Shown here: positions 12,843 through 26,614 of the stretch, one piece after another
Layout of the letters: each line of letters begins with the position of its first letter
How positions within the stretch are numbered: the first letter of the stretch is position 1
NCBI RefSeq assembly: GCF_902459465.1
Contig: NC_047067.1
Coordinates: forward strand, 15,252,001 to 15,316,000
Source: Asterias rubens
Taxonomy: Eukaryota
Direction: 5' to 3'
DNA: 64,000 nucleotides
The notes under the pieces: generated by a model
Databases searched by the model: none
Told to the model about the DNA's origin: nothing
What the model saw: only the letters and a program-made list of their open reading frames with translations
Program-made: the position numbers and the translations under genes

Positions 12843-13355
12843 AGAAAGACTCTGCTAGGGTCGAAACGTCAGGCCAAGAACTATTTGTCCCCTTTCTTGT
12901 AAACAGTGTATAGTCAACTCTCAGGCGTATAGTTACATACATTATTTCAACCTATCAGTAACGTAATTAAAGCCCGCCAGTTTTCTTTTCATAAACATGT
13001 TTATAGCTAATTAACGCAGGTAACTTCCCACTCAAAGCATAATTAGGTTATATCAACATATAGACATCTTACAAACAAAATTAGTTGATACCGGGAAAGT
13101 TAAAGTTTTGGAAATAAAGGGCGGCAAAAAACTCGTACTTAAAGTAACCGAATAGGATGACTTCTGAGAGGTGGGTCGAAATATCAAATATTTTGTTCAA
13201 TAAGAAATTGTACATTCCAACCGATTTGCTTTAGTTTTTCAATGGGGTCTGACATACTGATTTTCTTTATGACATTTTAGAAATAATTATAAAGTCGAAT
13301 GAGTTATTCCATCAGCCATACCGATAATGCACAACAGTTAACTTGTACCAGTCTC

Positions 13356-16300
13356 TCAAGCGTTTGATTCAAACGTCTCTCCTCGAGGGTTTTGTGAAGT
13401 CACTTCTATCGGTGAATTTAAAGCATCCGTCACATCACTGATCCAACCCTGCGTGGACATTAAACAAAAAATAGAACAAAACACAATTCATCGAGCCCAA
13501 ATCACTGGTGTCATATCATGATACCTTGGGTAGCGGGGCTCGGGGGCTCACTATGAGCAAGGAACAAGTCTCACTGGCCAAAACTCTTCCTCAAAATACG
13601 CAGTCTGAACATGCACATGCCAAAATGTACACTGAGGTTGTTGTCACAAAGATACACACGCAAGAATCAAAATTAACCTCATATATAGGGTGTTAAAACA
13701 AAACCGATGTAGTGTTGGTGTTGTTTTAACACCCTCTTTTGATGTAAAATGTGTTCCTGTATCTATAACGTGACAACACCCATAGGCCTGTATACAAATC
13801 TGACGAATGTGCCGTCGGATATCGAGATGGCCCCAGTATAATTTTGACCCATAATGTGCATTAGACTTCGTTTCATATCATTGTGCATGCCCATAATGCT
13901 AATCTGAGAAAAACATGAATTGTTATTTTTTGGAGTGCCAATGTTTGTCATATAAAAAATAACCCAAGAACACAGAAGACAAAGAAATATGGTCTGAGTT
14001 ATCTGAAACTTAGGTCCCCTAAAGTCGAATTTACGTCGATTGAAAAAAGGAGGGATGAAGAATTTAGGGTTTTTTGGTTTGTGGCTGTTTGCATCAACGG
14101 CAGAGACAATATTGAAGTGTCGAAGCTTATAGAAAACACTTCTATTAGTCTTAAAGACACTGGACACTATTTGTAATTGACAAAGCCCAGTCTCCTCACC
14201 TGGTGTATCTCAACATTATGCATAAAATAACGAACCTGTGAAAATTTTAGCTCAATCATTGGTCGTCGAAGTTGCGAGATAATAACGAAAGAAAAAACAC
14301 CCTTGTCACACGAAGTTGTGTGCTTTCAGATGCTTGATTTCGAGACCTCAAAATCTAAAGCTGAGTCTTGAAATCAAATTCGTTGAAAATTACGTCTTTT
14401 TTGACGTTACTTCAGAGGGAGCCGTTTCTCACAGCGTTTTATATTATCTCCAGATCGTTAACAAGTTTTTATGCTAACCATTATTTTGAGTAAATTAATA
14501 CCAATAGTGTCCACTGCCTTTAACAGGAGCCGATAAAAAGACACGCTCTCGATGAATGGCCCTAAAACCTTGCCCAACTGTGTATAACAACTTCTAAAGC
14601 TGGGGAATTCATGCACTGATTCCAAGTTGGGCTTTTAATTCGTACCTGGTAGTCAAACTGTGGTACATAGGCTGTACAGCCCCGTTCCTCGCTGCCATCT
14701 TTGCATTGTACTTCACCATCACACAACCATTCTTCCCATATGCACTGCTGTCTGTCCTGACATTTGACTTTGCGAGGAGGGCATGACGAGGAGGCTATAT
14801 TATGGTTGTTATTGAAGTAAATTGGGGCAAGGGGTAACGGGAGAGGATCAGAGAGGGTTGGTCGGGCAGATTTGGGGATGAAATTAATTTTTGTAAAAGT
14901 TGTAAACCAGAAGTAACAAGAGTGGACGTTGGAGGGATGTGACAACAAATTATTTTGAAAGGGCCTCCTTCCAACTCTTCCATAGACACACTGCTCTCAC
15001 CAAGAACTTCCCAAACTTATCATACGCTTGAGAAACACACTTTAAAGGTCGATTGGCCATGCCAGGGCATGGTCGTTCGTTTACCTGCCGTTTTTTTTTT
15101 ACAGCTAGATTGTCCGCTGACTTCAGAGAATTCCCCATTGTGACCCATACACCATGAATAGCCTTTGGTCTGTATATTGTTTGACACACCTGACCCAATC
15201 AGTTCAAAGTACTAACCACTCGGCAAAATTCCCATTCTAATTCTCCAATCTCACAAAATCGTCATGTGTGCAGCAGGGGCGTGTCGTTGGCCGAGCGGAT
15301 AAGAGCACCGGACTCGAGCTCTGGTGTTTCTGTTCAGCAGAGTGTTTGTTTTCGAGAGTCACGACACTTGTGTCCTTTATCATCATTGCTGCGTCCTTCG
15401 GATGAGACTTAAAGGGTGGCTGCAGTGTTGTTTTTTTAAAATTCATTTAAAGGCAGTGGACACTATTGGTAATTAATCAGGTTAATTATTAGCATAAACC
15501 TTTCTTGGTGACAACTAATAGGGAGAGGTTGGATGTATAAAACATTATGAAAAACGGCACCCTCTGAAGTGCCGTAGTTTCCGAGAAAGAAGTAATTTTC
15601 CACGAATTTGATTTCGAGACCTCAGATTTAGAACTTGAGGTCTCGAAATCAACCATCTAAACGCACACACCTTCGTGTGACAAGGGTGTTTTTTTTTCTT
15701 TCATTCATATCTCGCAAGTTCGATGACCGATTGAGCTCAAATTTTCACAGGTTTGTTATTTTATGTATATGTTGAGAAACACCAACTGTGAAGGCTAGTC
15801 TTTGACAATTACCAATAGTGTACACTGCGTTTAAACGATTAAACATGACATTTTAAACCTGAAATATTTTTAAATATTTTTTTATTAAATGCGCAAGTAT
15901 TTTAAAAATGGTTTTCAGTAGATTAGGGGAACCCACTGCGCCCCTAAAAGGGAGCCTTCATTTGCATAAACATGACGTCATGTCGGTAACCCGAGCCGTC
16001 GGGCCCCCTGGCTGTGTGCATATAGAGACGTGTGCACTGTGTGGCCTGGTACCTAGGCGCGTGTAGTTAGGGACCAGACTCTTTTTGCCAACGATGTTTG
16101 AATTCCCGACGTGACGTCGATGGTAGGGGGCGGTAACAATCCACAAAGGGGGGGGCATGACTTATTCGCTTATTACGCAAGTCAGACATGTCGGGAATAA
16201 ACAAAACACATTTTATTAATGTTCAATACATAATGACAGCAAAATTAACTGTTTTATTTGAATTCACTGCAGCATCCCTTCAAAGCCGTATGTCCCGTGC

Positions 16301-19300
16301 GTTGGTTAGTGTACGTTAAAGAAACAAGTGCACTTATCTTTAAGGGGACCGCATCACCTTGTAAACCATTACATGGTGCTCAATAAAGGAATAGGTCTCA
16401 TAATTTTAACGTAGTCCCACATTTACAACGCCAGGAGCGTCACTGAGTGACGGATATGCGCGCTATAAGAAATCACTGTATTAAACTTACCACATCCCCA
16501 CTCGTCACTACCGTCATCACATGCAGGGACACCGTCACATCGTAGATGCCATAGGTAACACTTTGTCCCATCTTCACATAGGTCATGCTTGCATTGCCAA
16601 GTGCTAGAAGTCATTGAAGACGAGTTCACTTCTGTTGGAAAGTAGAACGGTTAATACTGAGTATGGAAACGTCACACATTTTTCTTGGCACCTTTTTTGA
16701 AACTGCTGATGGTTCTTGATCAATGTTGAGCTTCCGTGTAATTACCACGTGGTTTGGTTTATTTGTTTTAATCAAAACAAGGTATATATTTATTATAACT
16801 TTCACAAATAACCAATAATTAGAAAATATATATGTTATTTGATCAACGGCAAGTCTTCGTTTTAAAAGCAAAGTATACTTTTGATTTTCGGAACCATTCG
16901 ATTGTTCTTAAATGAGATATAATTTATGTAGATAAATAGGCCTACAACAAAACTAACCGGGAAAAAATATGCTAGCGGTTTTTTATTTTTTTTATTTATA
17001 TAAACCCCTCTCTTTAAAGTTTTGACTCAATGGGAGACTTTCTGGGACGATAGAGGGCAGCAGACTTACCGGGTAAATCCATTGTTCTCAGAATTATGCG
17101 CATGTTCAGAACTACGTAAACAATGGAAATTTACCCGGTACGTCTGCTGCCACCTAGCGTTGGAAAGTCTCCTATTGGTTGTCGTTGTAAGCTTTCAGAA
17201 GCATAATAATAAGCTTTGGACCTGAAGTCTTTTAAAATTTGAGTGCGAAATAACCTTTTTATCAAAAACTACGTTACTCACAATGTTTTATACTTTGAGC
17301 AGCTGCTTTCCATTGCCCGTTACCAAGTAAGGTTATTATGCTCACAATCATTATAAGTAATGACCAATAGTGTCCACTGCCTCTAGGGGCATTAACCCAT
17401 TTTTATTCCCATTATCATCACCTTCTAAATCAGAGAATGATATATGTCTGACCTGCGTTGTTACGACAGTCCACTTCGTCACTCCCATCAACACACTGAT
17501 TTATCCCATCACACTGCTGAGATTGATTGTAACACTGTTGGTTGTTGGCGCACTTCTTAAACCCAGTCAAGCATTGGTAAGTAGCTATACAAAATAATGG
17601 CAAAAATCAGAATAGTTGAAATTAACCTAAGTTGACCGCACCCGCTCACAAACTGCACTCGTACAAATGCAAACGGAGAGCAGAAATCGACATCACAATA
17701 TAAAACAAATAATAGAGGTTTTTCATTCGTGCAATAGTGAGAATATTTTCATTCGTTGAAAGGTGGAATGTTCTATTCAACTCGCTGAATAGAACATTCA
17801 ATCTTTCAATTCAATTCAATTCAACTAAAAAATGGTTTATTAAAACATGTCTCGCAATAAAAAACTGAATTGCACATGTCAACACCACATGTTAAAAAAA
17901 ATTACATCAAGTAGAAATTAACAAAGAAAAGGATATTGAACAAGAAATTATTATTATATACATTGTCAAAAATACGTTGGTAAAACAACCAGTAGGCACA
18001 ATTATTATATACACACATAATTATATGTAAAGGCATTTGAAAAGACTGACGATTTGATGAATTGCACTTTGTTTGTAGCGAACTGTTCCACATCTGGGTG
18101 GTCTCTAATATTTGTTATATAGAGTCAGATAAAAGCCTTGAAAAGCTATTGTGTCCATTTTATCCTTACAAAAAAATATTAGAGAGCCGATTATTGTTCC
18201 CAATGGGAGCTTGTACTTTTATACAAACATTACCGAAAGGGTAAAAAATTGTGCATAAATATTAAGCTATCTGTTAAAAATTGAACTACGATTCCAGTTG
18301 TTTACTGCAAGAATCTTGAAAAATTGGTTTTCAGAAACTCGGGCGGTGCAGTGACTAGAGGGTTAAAGCATCCTCTATAGAATAGTTCTTACCAGAAATT
18401 ATCCGACACACCCTTTTTTGAAAACGTTCCAATTTGTTGACCTGCTCTTTAGTAAGATTACCATTAAACAAAGTAACACAGTAGTCTAAAAAAGGTCTTA
18501 CATAACCCTTGTAAATTGCCAATAGATCATTCACAGGTAGATTATGAGAACGTAAACAAAGCAACACGTACAACCTTCTGTTACATTTTTTGATTATTTC
18601 ATTGACATGTCTGTCCCACTTTAAATTGTCCCTCTTCCCACCCTTGATAGGGTTAGGGTTAGGGTTAGAATAGTGTCAAACTAAAAAATACCAAATATTC
18701 ATTACCAGTGCACAATAAGGGGTTGTATTGCGATTTAAACTTACAGCAATTCTGTTCATCTGAACCGTCGACACAGTCGATGACGGCATCACACGTGTAG
18801 ATTGCTGGGTAGCATTGCTTCTTATCAGCACATTTCACATGGTCACTGGCGCATGGTTTACTCGCTATGATACATTAACATCATCAATAAATAATGTTAG
18901 AATTACACTCTGAGAAAAAGAATTGGCTGTTGCCAACTGCTTACCAACCAAAAGGACCTATGGTATAAATACAACAAATAGTTGATGGCCTGACGTTTCG
19001 ACCCTAGTATAGCAGAGTCTTTTTTAGCTTTCGAGAAAGACTCTGCTATGGTCGAAACGTCAGACTATTAGCTATGGCAGGAATACACTGACAATACCAA
19101 ATTGTTATAAAGTTGATAATACACAAGTCTGTAAAGGAGGCGTGACTTAAGCTAAGCATAAAAATGCTGCTGGCCCAAACACCAAGGACTCCTACTAAAA
19201 CTGATCCTGTCTTGTGTTTTACTTTGAACAGCTTCTCCGGGCTCCATGCATTATTTACCTGTTCTTAAGGTAATAAACAATAAACTGTACCGTACGATGA

Positions 19301-22300
19301 TCGTTGTAAATTTGAAAGGGACACGTTGCCTTTGATTGGGCGAGTTGGAAGATGAGAAGCATTTGAAACCGTTTGTTATGATAAGCATAATTTATGGTTG
19401 GAAAATGTTTTTAATAAATATAATGATCCACACAAACATGCCTTGATATTGCACGGTTTTCCTTTTACTTTTGCTAACAAACAAAGGTCGGCCATTTTGG
19501 GGAGTCAAAAATTTGACTCCGTAAAATGACTATTGTATATCATTCTCCTTCATAGAAAAAACAACAACTCTGATCCTAAAAACTCGAATATTTGCAATAA
19601 CATTCCTCCTGGTTTTGGGAACAGACCGTGAGAAATGCAATGCCAAATTCAACCTGTGGATACAAAATACTCTATACTTCTTAATAAATAATTAATTGGT
19701 GTTTCTGAAATGACATATCGGCAAAAGGAAAGTATCTGATAAAATATTTATGATTAGTCAATATTTAGATGATCTGATAATGAATTGACTGTTTAAATAC
19801 CACAATTTCTCTCGTCTGATCCATCGTTGCAATCTACCTGTCCGTCACAAGTACGAGTTGTATCAAAACACTGCCACTGGTTGTCACATTTTATGTATCC
19901 TTCTGCGGGACACGGAATTATGGCTAAAATATGTAGAGGGGGGACAAATCCAATAGTCAGATTCAAAAACACACGGAAGCTTGACTTGTATGTTTTGGTG
20001 ATAGTGGACTGTACCACTGAGTTGATTTTAAAGGCTCTGGACACTATTGGTAATTGCCAAAGACCAGTATCCTCACTCGGTGTATCTCAACATATGCATA
20101 AAAAAACAATTCTGTGAAAATTATGATTTGATGTGACGTCGTCGATGTGACATCGAAGTTGCATTATAAGATTGAGAAACAACCTCTTTCTCAAAAACTA
20201 CGTTACTTCAGAGGGAGACGTTTCTCATAGCGTTTATACTATCAACAGCTTTCAATAGCTCATTACCAAGTAAGTTTGTATGCTTACAACTATTTTGAGT
20301 AATAACCAATGTTGCATACTAGAATATTGTTATAATAGTAATGCCGGGAAATAACCGAAAAATGTGAACATTTGAACTAAAACATCACTGCATATAATAC
20401 AACGGCATGTTCTATGTATAGGCCTATATCAGTGTTGGCGAAACCTTGAGTGAAGCTTCGAAATTTAAATCTGACAACCTGGAAACCATGACAATGGAGC
20501 AAACCAATGATGGCGCCCTGCTCTTAAATGAACGGTAAGTTTGTTGCCGTCGTTATAAGTTCGAATCGTGATAGTTGGGATTTTAAAGTGATTTATTGAT
20601 GTTAAAATCTTAAATTAATGATGTTTTTTTACTAACCACAATCAGCTTCATCAGAACCGTCCCAACAGTCGATAAGACCGTCACAGGCGTAACGTTCGTC
20701 ATAACACTGGCGTTGGATGGTGGCGCACTTCATGTAACCTACTGGACAGTTATAGCTTCGAGTGAATGGGCCTGCAATACGTAAGCCGGTAATCAGCTTG
20801 TGTAGGCATTCTTGATTCATTCTGTCGTGCTGGCGGTTGCCTACACTGGCACCAAGGGTCGAGTCATGCTTCGGGGGTACATCGTTTCCCATGGGAAATT
20901 CTAATTTGTTTGGGGGAGGAAAATGGAAAGGGGTAGGGAAGGGGGAACACACCATGCTTTAGTTGTATTAATACATGCAACAGTGACGAAGTGACAACTC
21001 AATGACGAAGTCCATCTGAGTTATAAATTCGCTCGTTACAAATAAATATTGCGTGGCCGAGGGAAGTTTGAATCGAAATTAAAGGAACACATCGACTTTG
21101 ATCGGTCGAGTTGGTCTGTGAAAAGAGTTTTTAAGTATTTGTTATAAAATGCATATGATTAGAAAGACATTTCTAAAAGTAGAATAACATGATCCAAACA
21201 AGTATCACTCGAAATTGCACGGTTTCCCTTTTACCTCGTCGACAAACACGGTCGGCCATTAATATGAGGGCCAAATTTTTTACTCCCATAAATGGCCGAA
21301 CGTGTTACTTCGCAAAATAAAAGGCAAACCACGCAATTTCGAAGCAAATGTGTTTATAACTAACCATATGCATTTATAACAAACGGTTACAAACGCTTTT
21401 CAAAGACCTACTCGGCCGATCCCAGGCAAAGTGTTCATTTAAAAGTGGAGTTAGTTACTCGTGCAATGCTAACTGGTGCAAGTGTTGTTAGTTGTTATTC
21501 AGTGCACGGATCACATCCATCAATGCCCCCGCCCCCCCTCTCCCCCTCCCCACGGTACAAATGATATCGTCCGAAATCGTCGTCACCTGAAGAAACCTCG
21601 TCCCCAGGTGTGTCGTTGTTTATGTTACCAATCTTTAGAAGTCGTTCTTTAATATTGTCCGGTCTTTGGGAACTCAAGGGGCATAATAATCTAATGGAGC
21701 ACTCTGGTTTATTGCTACTTCATTCCTGATGAGCATTTTTTTCTACAACTATAGACCTGTGGATGTTTCCTCAGTGATAAGATAAAATAATTGTCGGATT
21801 CCTGTTTTTTTCATGTAGGCCTACGGATGCTCTTTCACGGGTATTGATAAAGTACATTTTGGGTAAAGGAAAAAAAACACGTTATTTTTTTGATAAAAGT
21901 CAATTAATTTGCAGTTGCTTTTTATTATACACGAAAAACATTCAACAAAATATTTGAATTTATTCAAACTCAGTGATCACATCTCTGTTAAACATTGATG
22001 TGCATGTGGTCGGAAATTCTTTTATGTGACTATCGAACTTATTTAGATTGTATACAGCAATATAAATAAGCCACTGCGATTTGAGGGCATTTAAATGCCA
22101 CTGATTTTGCAGCTCTTCTGAAAGAATTGGAAAACTGTATTCGTGAGATTTCAAAGTTTGGTTGAGCACTTAACGAGTCATATTTTTTTCCATTGGCAAC
22201 TTCCTTGGGACTTGTTTTTAATTGTTTTCAATCTCCACACGTCACAGCTCATCAAAACAAACCATAAGGCCGCTATTGTGAACAATTTGGGGAAAGTTGA

Positions 22301-23931
22301 CCTTTTAAATTAGCAGTTCTCGATTTGTCGGGTGCTTCATCAAATATCTACATCAAGCGAAAAGCGCAAAGCTATACGATTGTATTTCAATTTCTTCGTT
22401 ATGAAAGCAAATGTTTATTTCTAAAAGTTGGGTAATAAACAGTGTTAATGCCTTGCAATAATTTTTTTAGAGTGAACGAAAAAGTCAATTCCGGTCTATG
22501 GGGCCTGACCCATTTATGGGTCAGTATGACCCGGAATACGGATCAATTATCCAGAAGTGGGTCAAACTGACACAATAACTGAGTTGATAACCCAATTTTG
22601 AGAAACCATTTTCCGGGTCAGCTTGACCCAAAAATAGGTCAAGCCCCATTACACCGATAATTCGGGTCAGTTCTGGGTTTTAGAGTGTATTACTTAATTT
22701 GTTTCATAGGAAAACATTGATCCTTTAGTTGAGTTTAACAAATAACCATAGCATAAGAGCATGGGCTAGTTAAAGTCTTTATTTCAATATATCAGTACTG
22801 TCATTTATTATTGATACAAACTTCACAAACATAAAACACACAATCTTGCTCTGATTGTGAGTGGAGCACAACCATTATTTATTAGTAAACATAGAGCATG
22901 CGTTCAAGATACCAGCATGCCCATAGTTAGTGACAGTTGCTTATTTATACGGAGGTCAACATATTACAACTAAGTTTTATATGAAATAACAAAATATAGA
23001 AGATGTCGAAATTAGAAGGATTCGGGCGCTATATACCGAAGATGCCATGTTTCTTGTTTGTGAATCGTTAATGGTTAAATCATCAAACTAGACTTGTTTT
23101 CAATGTATGAAACCAACAAATATTAGTTTGCCATTACAGGAGTAAAGCTGAAGGGATAAATGCTAAAACCTTAATACTAACAGAGAAAGTAAACCCCAAT
23201 TCCTTAGTATTTAAATTGACAGCTCTAAGCCTGAGCTGTCTTTTGCAATCCAAAACCGCCTTACGGGAAGTCATTTACTTGACATGAATATCCCTTAGAG
23301 CCATGTGCCATTAGCAAGAGATCGACAGATTCATTGCCGAAGCTTAGATTCTGACGACCACTATGACGTACACATTTAAAGGCATATCAACTACTCCAAT
23401 AAATAAGGGATTTTCTCCATCCAAGAAGGCAATTGATAACTAACACTAGAGAATTAAAAAAAAACTAGTAGAATATCCTGCTTGAGAGAGAGTCACAGAG
23501 TCCAATATTTTTTTGTGGGGTAAAACTTTTGACTTCCCAAGACCAGTCCTTTTTTCCTTCGCAAGCTTCAGACTCTTTAGGCGACCTTTGCTTCCATAGG
23601 AAATAGAGATCCTCACTTCCTGCGACCAACTAATTAGATAAGTAAAATAAAGGCACATCTAAATGTTGTCAAAGTGTAAAGTTTTACTCTCATTTTACGG
23701 GATGTAAGTTATAACTTTGTAGAGTTGCCTTTCAATCTATCAGGTTGATTTTCAGGGCATGTGACTACTATGGGTTTTACTACTCACTGCACACAAGTTC
23801 GTCTGAGCCGAGTTGGCAATCTTGTTGTCCATCACACTCCAACTCACTGGGAATGCAACTGCCGTCACCACATCGAAACTCGTCTGTCTGACACTCGGCA
23901 CTGCGCTTTGTTGTACTTGAACGACCCTTTC
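13356..23931 (-). CDS. LDL-receptor class A repeat protein (7 LDLa modules, no TM seen); exons 23931-23788, 20900(or 20771)-20637, 19923-19801, 18864-18745, 17584-17453, 16631-16491, 14794-14646, probably 13903-13805 and 13448-13356 (stop); 5' end unresolved
   Basis: Seven exons each encode a 6-Cys module with a C-D-G/A...C-x-x-G-S-D/E-E acidic motif, e.g. CQTDEFRCGDGSCIPSELECDGQQDCQLGSDELVC, CASDHVKCADKKQCYPAIYTCDAVIDCVDGSDEQNC and CLTGFKKCANNQQCYNQSQQCDGINQCVDGSDEVDC. Six are symmetric phase 1-1 and the last is 1-0. Every junction codon is a sense codon. The two tail exons rest only on strong acceptors and phase continuity, so they are less certain. Confidence 0.88.
14151..14523. mobile_element. 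Kolobok-like MITE family A copy
   Basis: TTAA-flanked TIRs, family internal sequence. Confidence 0.9.
15276..15416 (+). mobile_element. tRNA-derived SINE (partial)
   Basis: A-box-like TGGCCGAGCGG head, degenerate B-box region, and a core CGTCCTTCGGATGAGAC shared with the copies at 57.0-57.2 and 58.7-59.0 kb. Confidence 0.75.
15447..15834. mobile_element. Kolobok-like MITE family A copy
   Basis: TTAA-flanked TIRs, family internal sequence. Confidence 0.9.
17028..17177. mobile_element. MITE family D (CAATGGGAGACT TIR)
   Basis: CAATGGGAGACTTT..GGCAGCAGAC / GTCTGCTGCC..AAAGTCTCCTATTG. Confidence 0.85.
17805..18635 (-). mobile_element. 5'-truncated L2/CR1-group LINE (RT C-terminal region) with (TTGAA)n tail, in an LDLa-gene intron
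   Basis: Translation DNLKWDRHVNEIIKKCNRRLYVLLCLRS...LLAIYKGYVRPFLDYC...LERFQKRVCRII is typical of the CR1/L2 ORF2 C-terminus. AATAAA and the TTGAA microsatellite mark the 3' end (17805-17825). Confidence 0.85.
20028..20310. mobile_element. Family A decayed copy
   Basis: Left TIR and deleted internal sequence. Further fragments at about 17225-17385, 23966-24145, 26255-26502, 31247-31285, 41282-41460 and 56016-56347. Confidence 0.75.
21079..21442. mobile_element. Second TTAA-flanked Kolobok-like MITE family (AGGAACAC ends); partial relative at about 19314-19600
   Basis: TTAA-AGGAACAC...GTGTTCAT-TTAA; internal similarity to the 19.3-kb copy. Confidence 0.75.
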
Positions 23932-24828
23932 CTATGATGGGAAAAACAAAATCATCAAGAAAAATCAAAGGCACATGGACACTTATGGTAATTACTCAAA
24001 ATAGTTGTCAGCATATACAATTACTTGGTTACGAGCAATGGACAGCTGTTTATGGTATAAAACATTGTGAGAAACGGCTCCCTCTGAAGTAACGCAGTTT
24101 GAGAAAGATGTAATTTCCACTCAAATAAAAAAATACTTCTGCCGAAGCCTTTTGTTATTGAAACAAACCGAACGATGACCCAACACTTAAGTAGATATCT
24201 TAGTTAGGGCAAATGTTTGAGGATTTATACAAGTTAGATTTGTGTACGATCTGTGATTTTAAATATATATTATTTTGTCAACATCTCGAATCGTTTAATA
24301 CTGGTGGGATATCAAAATGGTTACGACCTAAGTCTACGCAATATATTATTCTCTGGCCTGTTCTCACTGAGCTCGTTGGCGGCCTAAAAGCATAGGTGTT
24401 TCATGACAGTCTCAATCCCATAATCAAATTCTCAAAAAGGAGTGTGGGGTATGTTAAGAAAATTACATGATGTAAATTCACTTATGACTGAAATAATTGT
24501 ATAAAAATCAATGGTAAAGTTCAGGTATACGGGTCAAAACACAGTAGAGGTAAAACGCTGGAAGTACAACTGTGTCGTACAAAAGTATGAATTTGTCTGT
24601 AGTTCTTTCTCTATGATTCATATTATATGCTCCTATTCAAACACATGGAGGGAAATAAAGTAGAAGTGAAGACTCGTCATTGATGTTGTACAAGAGGATA
24701 GAACAAACTTATGGTATCCGCATTCAGACAATGTTTTTTACTAATTGTTGAATTTGGATTGTGGGAAAATAGTTGGGAACGTTTCCACAGTTGTGTAAAA
24801 CAAAATGTAACGGTGACTTATTAGGCTA

Positions 24829-25173
24829 TTAAAGACAGTGGACACAATTGGTAATTGTCAAAGACTGGTCTTCACAGTTGGTGTATCTCAACATATGCAT
24901 TAAATAACAAACCTGTGAAAATTTGAGCTCAATCGGTCGTCGAAGTTGCGAGATAATTATGAAAGAAAAATCACCCTTGTCATACGAAGTTGTGTGCTTT
25001 CTGATGCTTGATTTCGAGACCTCAAATTCTAAACTTGAGGTCTCGAAATCAAATTCGTGGAGGGAGCTGTATCTCACGATGTTTTATACTGTCAACCTCT
25101 CCCCATTACTCGTAACCAAGAAAGGTTTTGTGATGATAATTTTTTGAGTAATTACCAATAGTGTCCACTGCCT
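24829..25173. mobile_element. Kolobok-like MITE family A copy
   Basis: Both TIRs, family internal sequence. Confidence 0.88.
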
Positions 25174-26109
25174 GTAGGCTACACACTTAATATAATTTTA
25201 ATTCAAGTCAAGTCAACATTTACTTCTTCTTCTTGATATCATAAAACATGTAAAGCACATTACACAGACAAGCGAAAGTGAAGGGGAAACAAATAATCTA
25301 CAAAGACCAAATTGAAAAGAGAGTATGAACCTGTCAGATTAAGCCGATACTTGTAGAAGACAGCCTACAGACAGACAAACTACAAAAACGGAGGCAAGAC
25401 AAACAGGTTACATTATTTAAGACAAAACAATTATACTAAAATCATACTGGCTTGCAATGAGAGAAATGTGCCTAAACTATAATGAATGCTAATAATCATT
25501 TTGCAAGTAGGAACCAGACTATTTTTTTTTATTCCGGCCTCGGTTTGGTAACATTGATATTAATGGGAGAAATAACAAAATAGTCTGGTTCCTAATTGCA
25601 AACTTAATATTAGCATTCATTTTTGTTTTTCGATACCACGGAACATGACCAAGATGGAGGCAGCATGATAAACAATTACTAAAATCACCGTGGCTTGCAA
25701 TGAGAGAAATATGTATAAACTAACAAGGCAGATAAATGGCTGATAAATGAAACGACATGCTAAAGCTATATCTTGTTCGGTTATAATCGAAGATAAACTG
25801 TAACTTTAAATTTAGACGCAGAACACAGGAAGTCAAAGTTGAAAATGTATTTTCGCAAGTTTCCACGAACAAACTATTACATTAAGAACAAAAAAACGCA
25901 CTGAAAGGCAATTTGAGGCTCTGTTAAAAATACACGCGGAACAATTGACCACGGGCAGGAGTAAAACCTCCAACAGAATAGGTGTTTACAGTCAATGAAA
26001 ATGATTCTCTATACAATTATTAAGGTTTGAAGCTATAAGCACAGAATGGACACAGTTTCAATGAAGGAAACAATAAGTGTCCAAGTTTAATTTTAAGATT
26101 ATTCTCAGA

Positions 26110-26245
26110 ACGTCGACGTTGCTGCCACAGCACTGTGGGGCAAACCCCGTCTCCTTAGCGATAAGTGTAACTGGGTTAGTTTACATGCATTGTATATACA
26201 ACACACGTGATCTACTTTACGTCCCATCTGAAGTACGAATCAAGA
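26110..26245 (-). mobile_element. SINE 3' fragment
   Basis: GATGGGACGTAAAG core, CAGTTACACTTATCGCTAAGGAGACGGGGTTTGCCCC tail; matches the SINE at 58.7 kb. Confidence 0.6.
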
Positions 26246-26614
26246 CCGGTAGTGGCAGTGATGGACACTATTTGAAATTACTCAAAATGTTTGTTAGCGT
26301 AACAACTTACTTGGTAACAAGCAATGGAGATATGTTGATAAAACACTGGGAGAAACGTAGTTTTTGAGGAAGAAGTGATTTGAAGTAATTTTTTAATTTA
26401 ACCCAAACTTTCACAGATTAGTTATTTGATGCATATGTTGGAATACACCAAGTGAGAAGACTGGTCTTTGACAATATTATCAAGGGTGCTTAGTGTCTTT
26501 ACAGGAATGCTACGTTTTTCTGTTTTAAGAACAAATGAGCTTCTCTTTGGTTTGAATTAAGTTTATTAAACCTCAGGAATTCCTGAGTCTTTTTTGTTAC
26601 ATCTTCTTCAAGCT

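Noticed and set aside
17370-17597. + strand hydrophobic, signal-peptide-like stretch followed by GTAAGT
   Set aside because: It is the antisense shadow of the LDLa exon 17453-17584.
21495-21700. GC-rich ORF (…GDEVSSGDDDFGR…) between LDLa exons 1 and 2
   Set aside because: A phase-1 donor is possible (TCAG|GTGACG) but there is no convincing in-phase acceptor, so it was left out of the gene model.
23250-23658. Exon-like open frames (SWSQEVRIS…; GRQNLSFGNE…)
   Set aside because: Both need phase-2 acceptors, which is incompatible with the flanking phase-1 LDLa exons.
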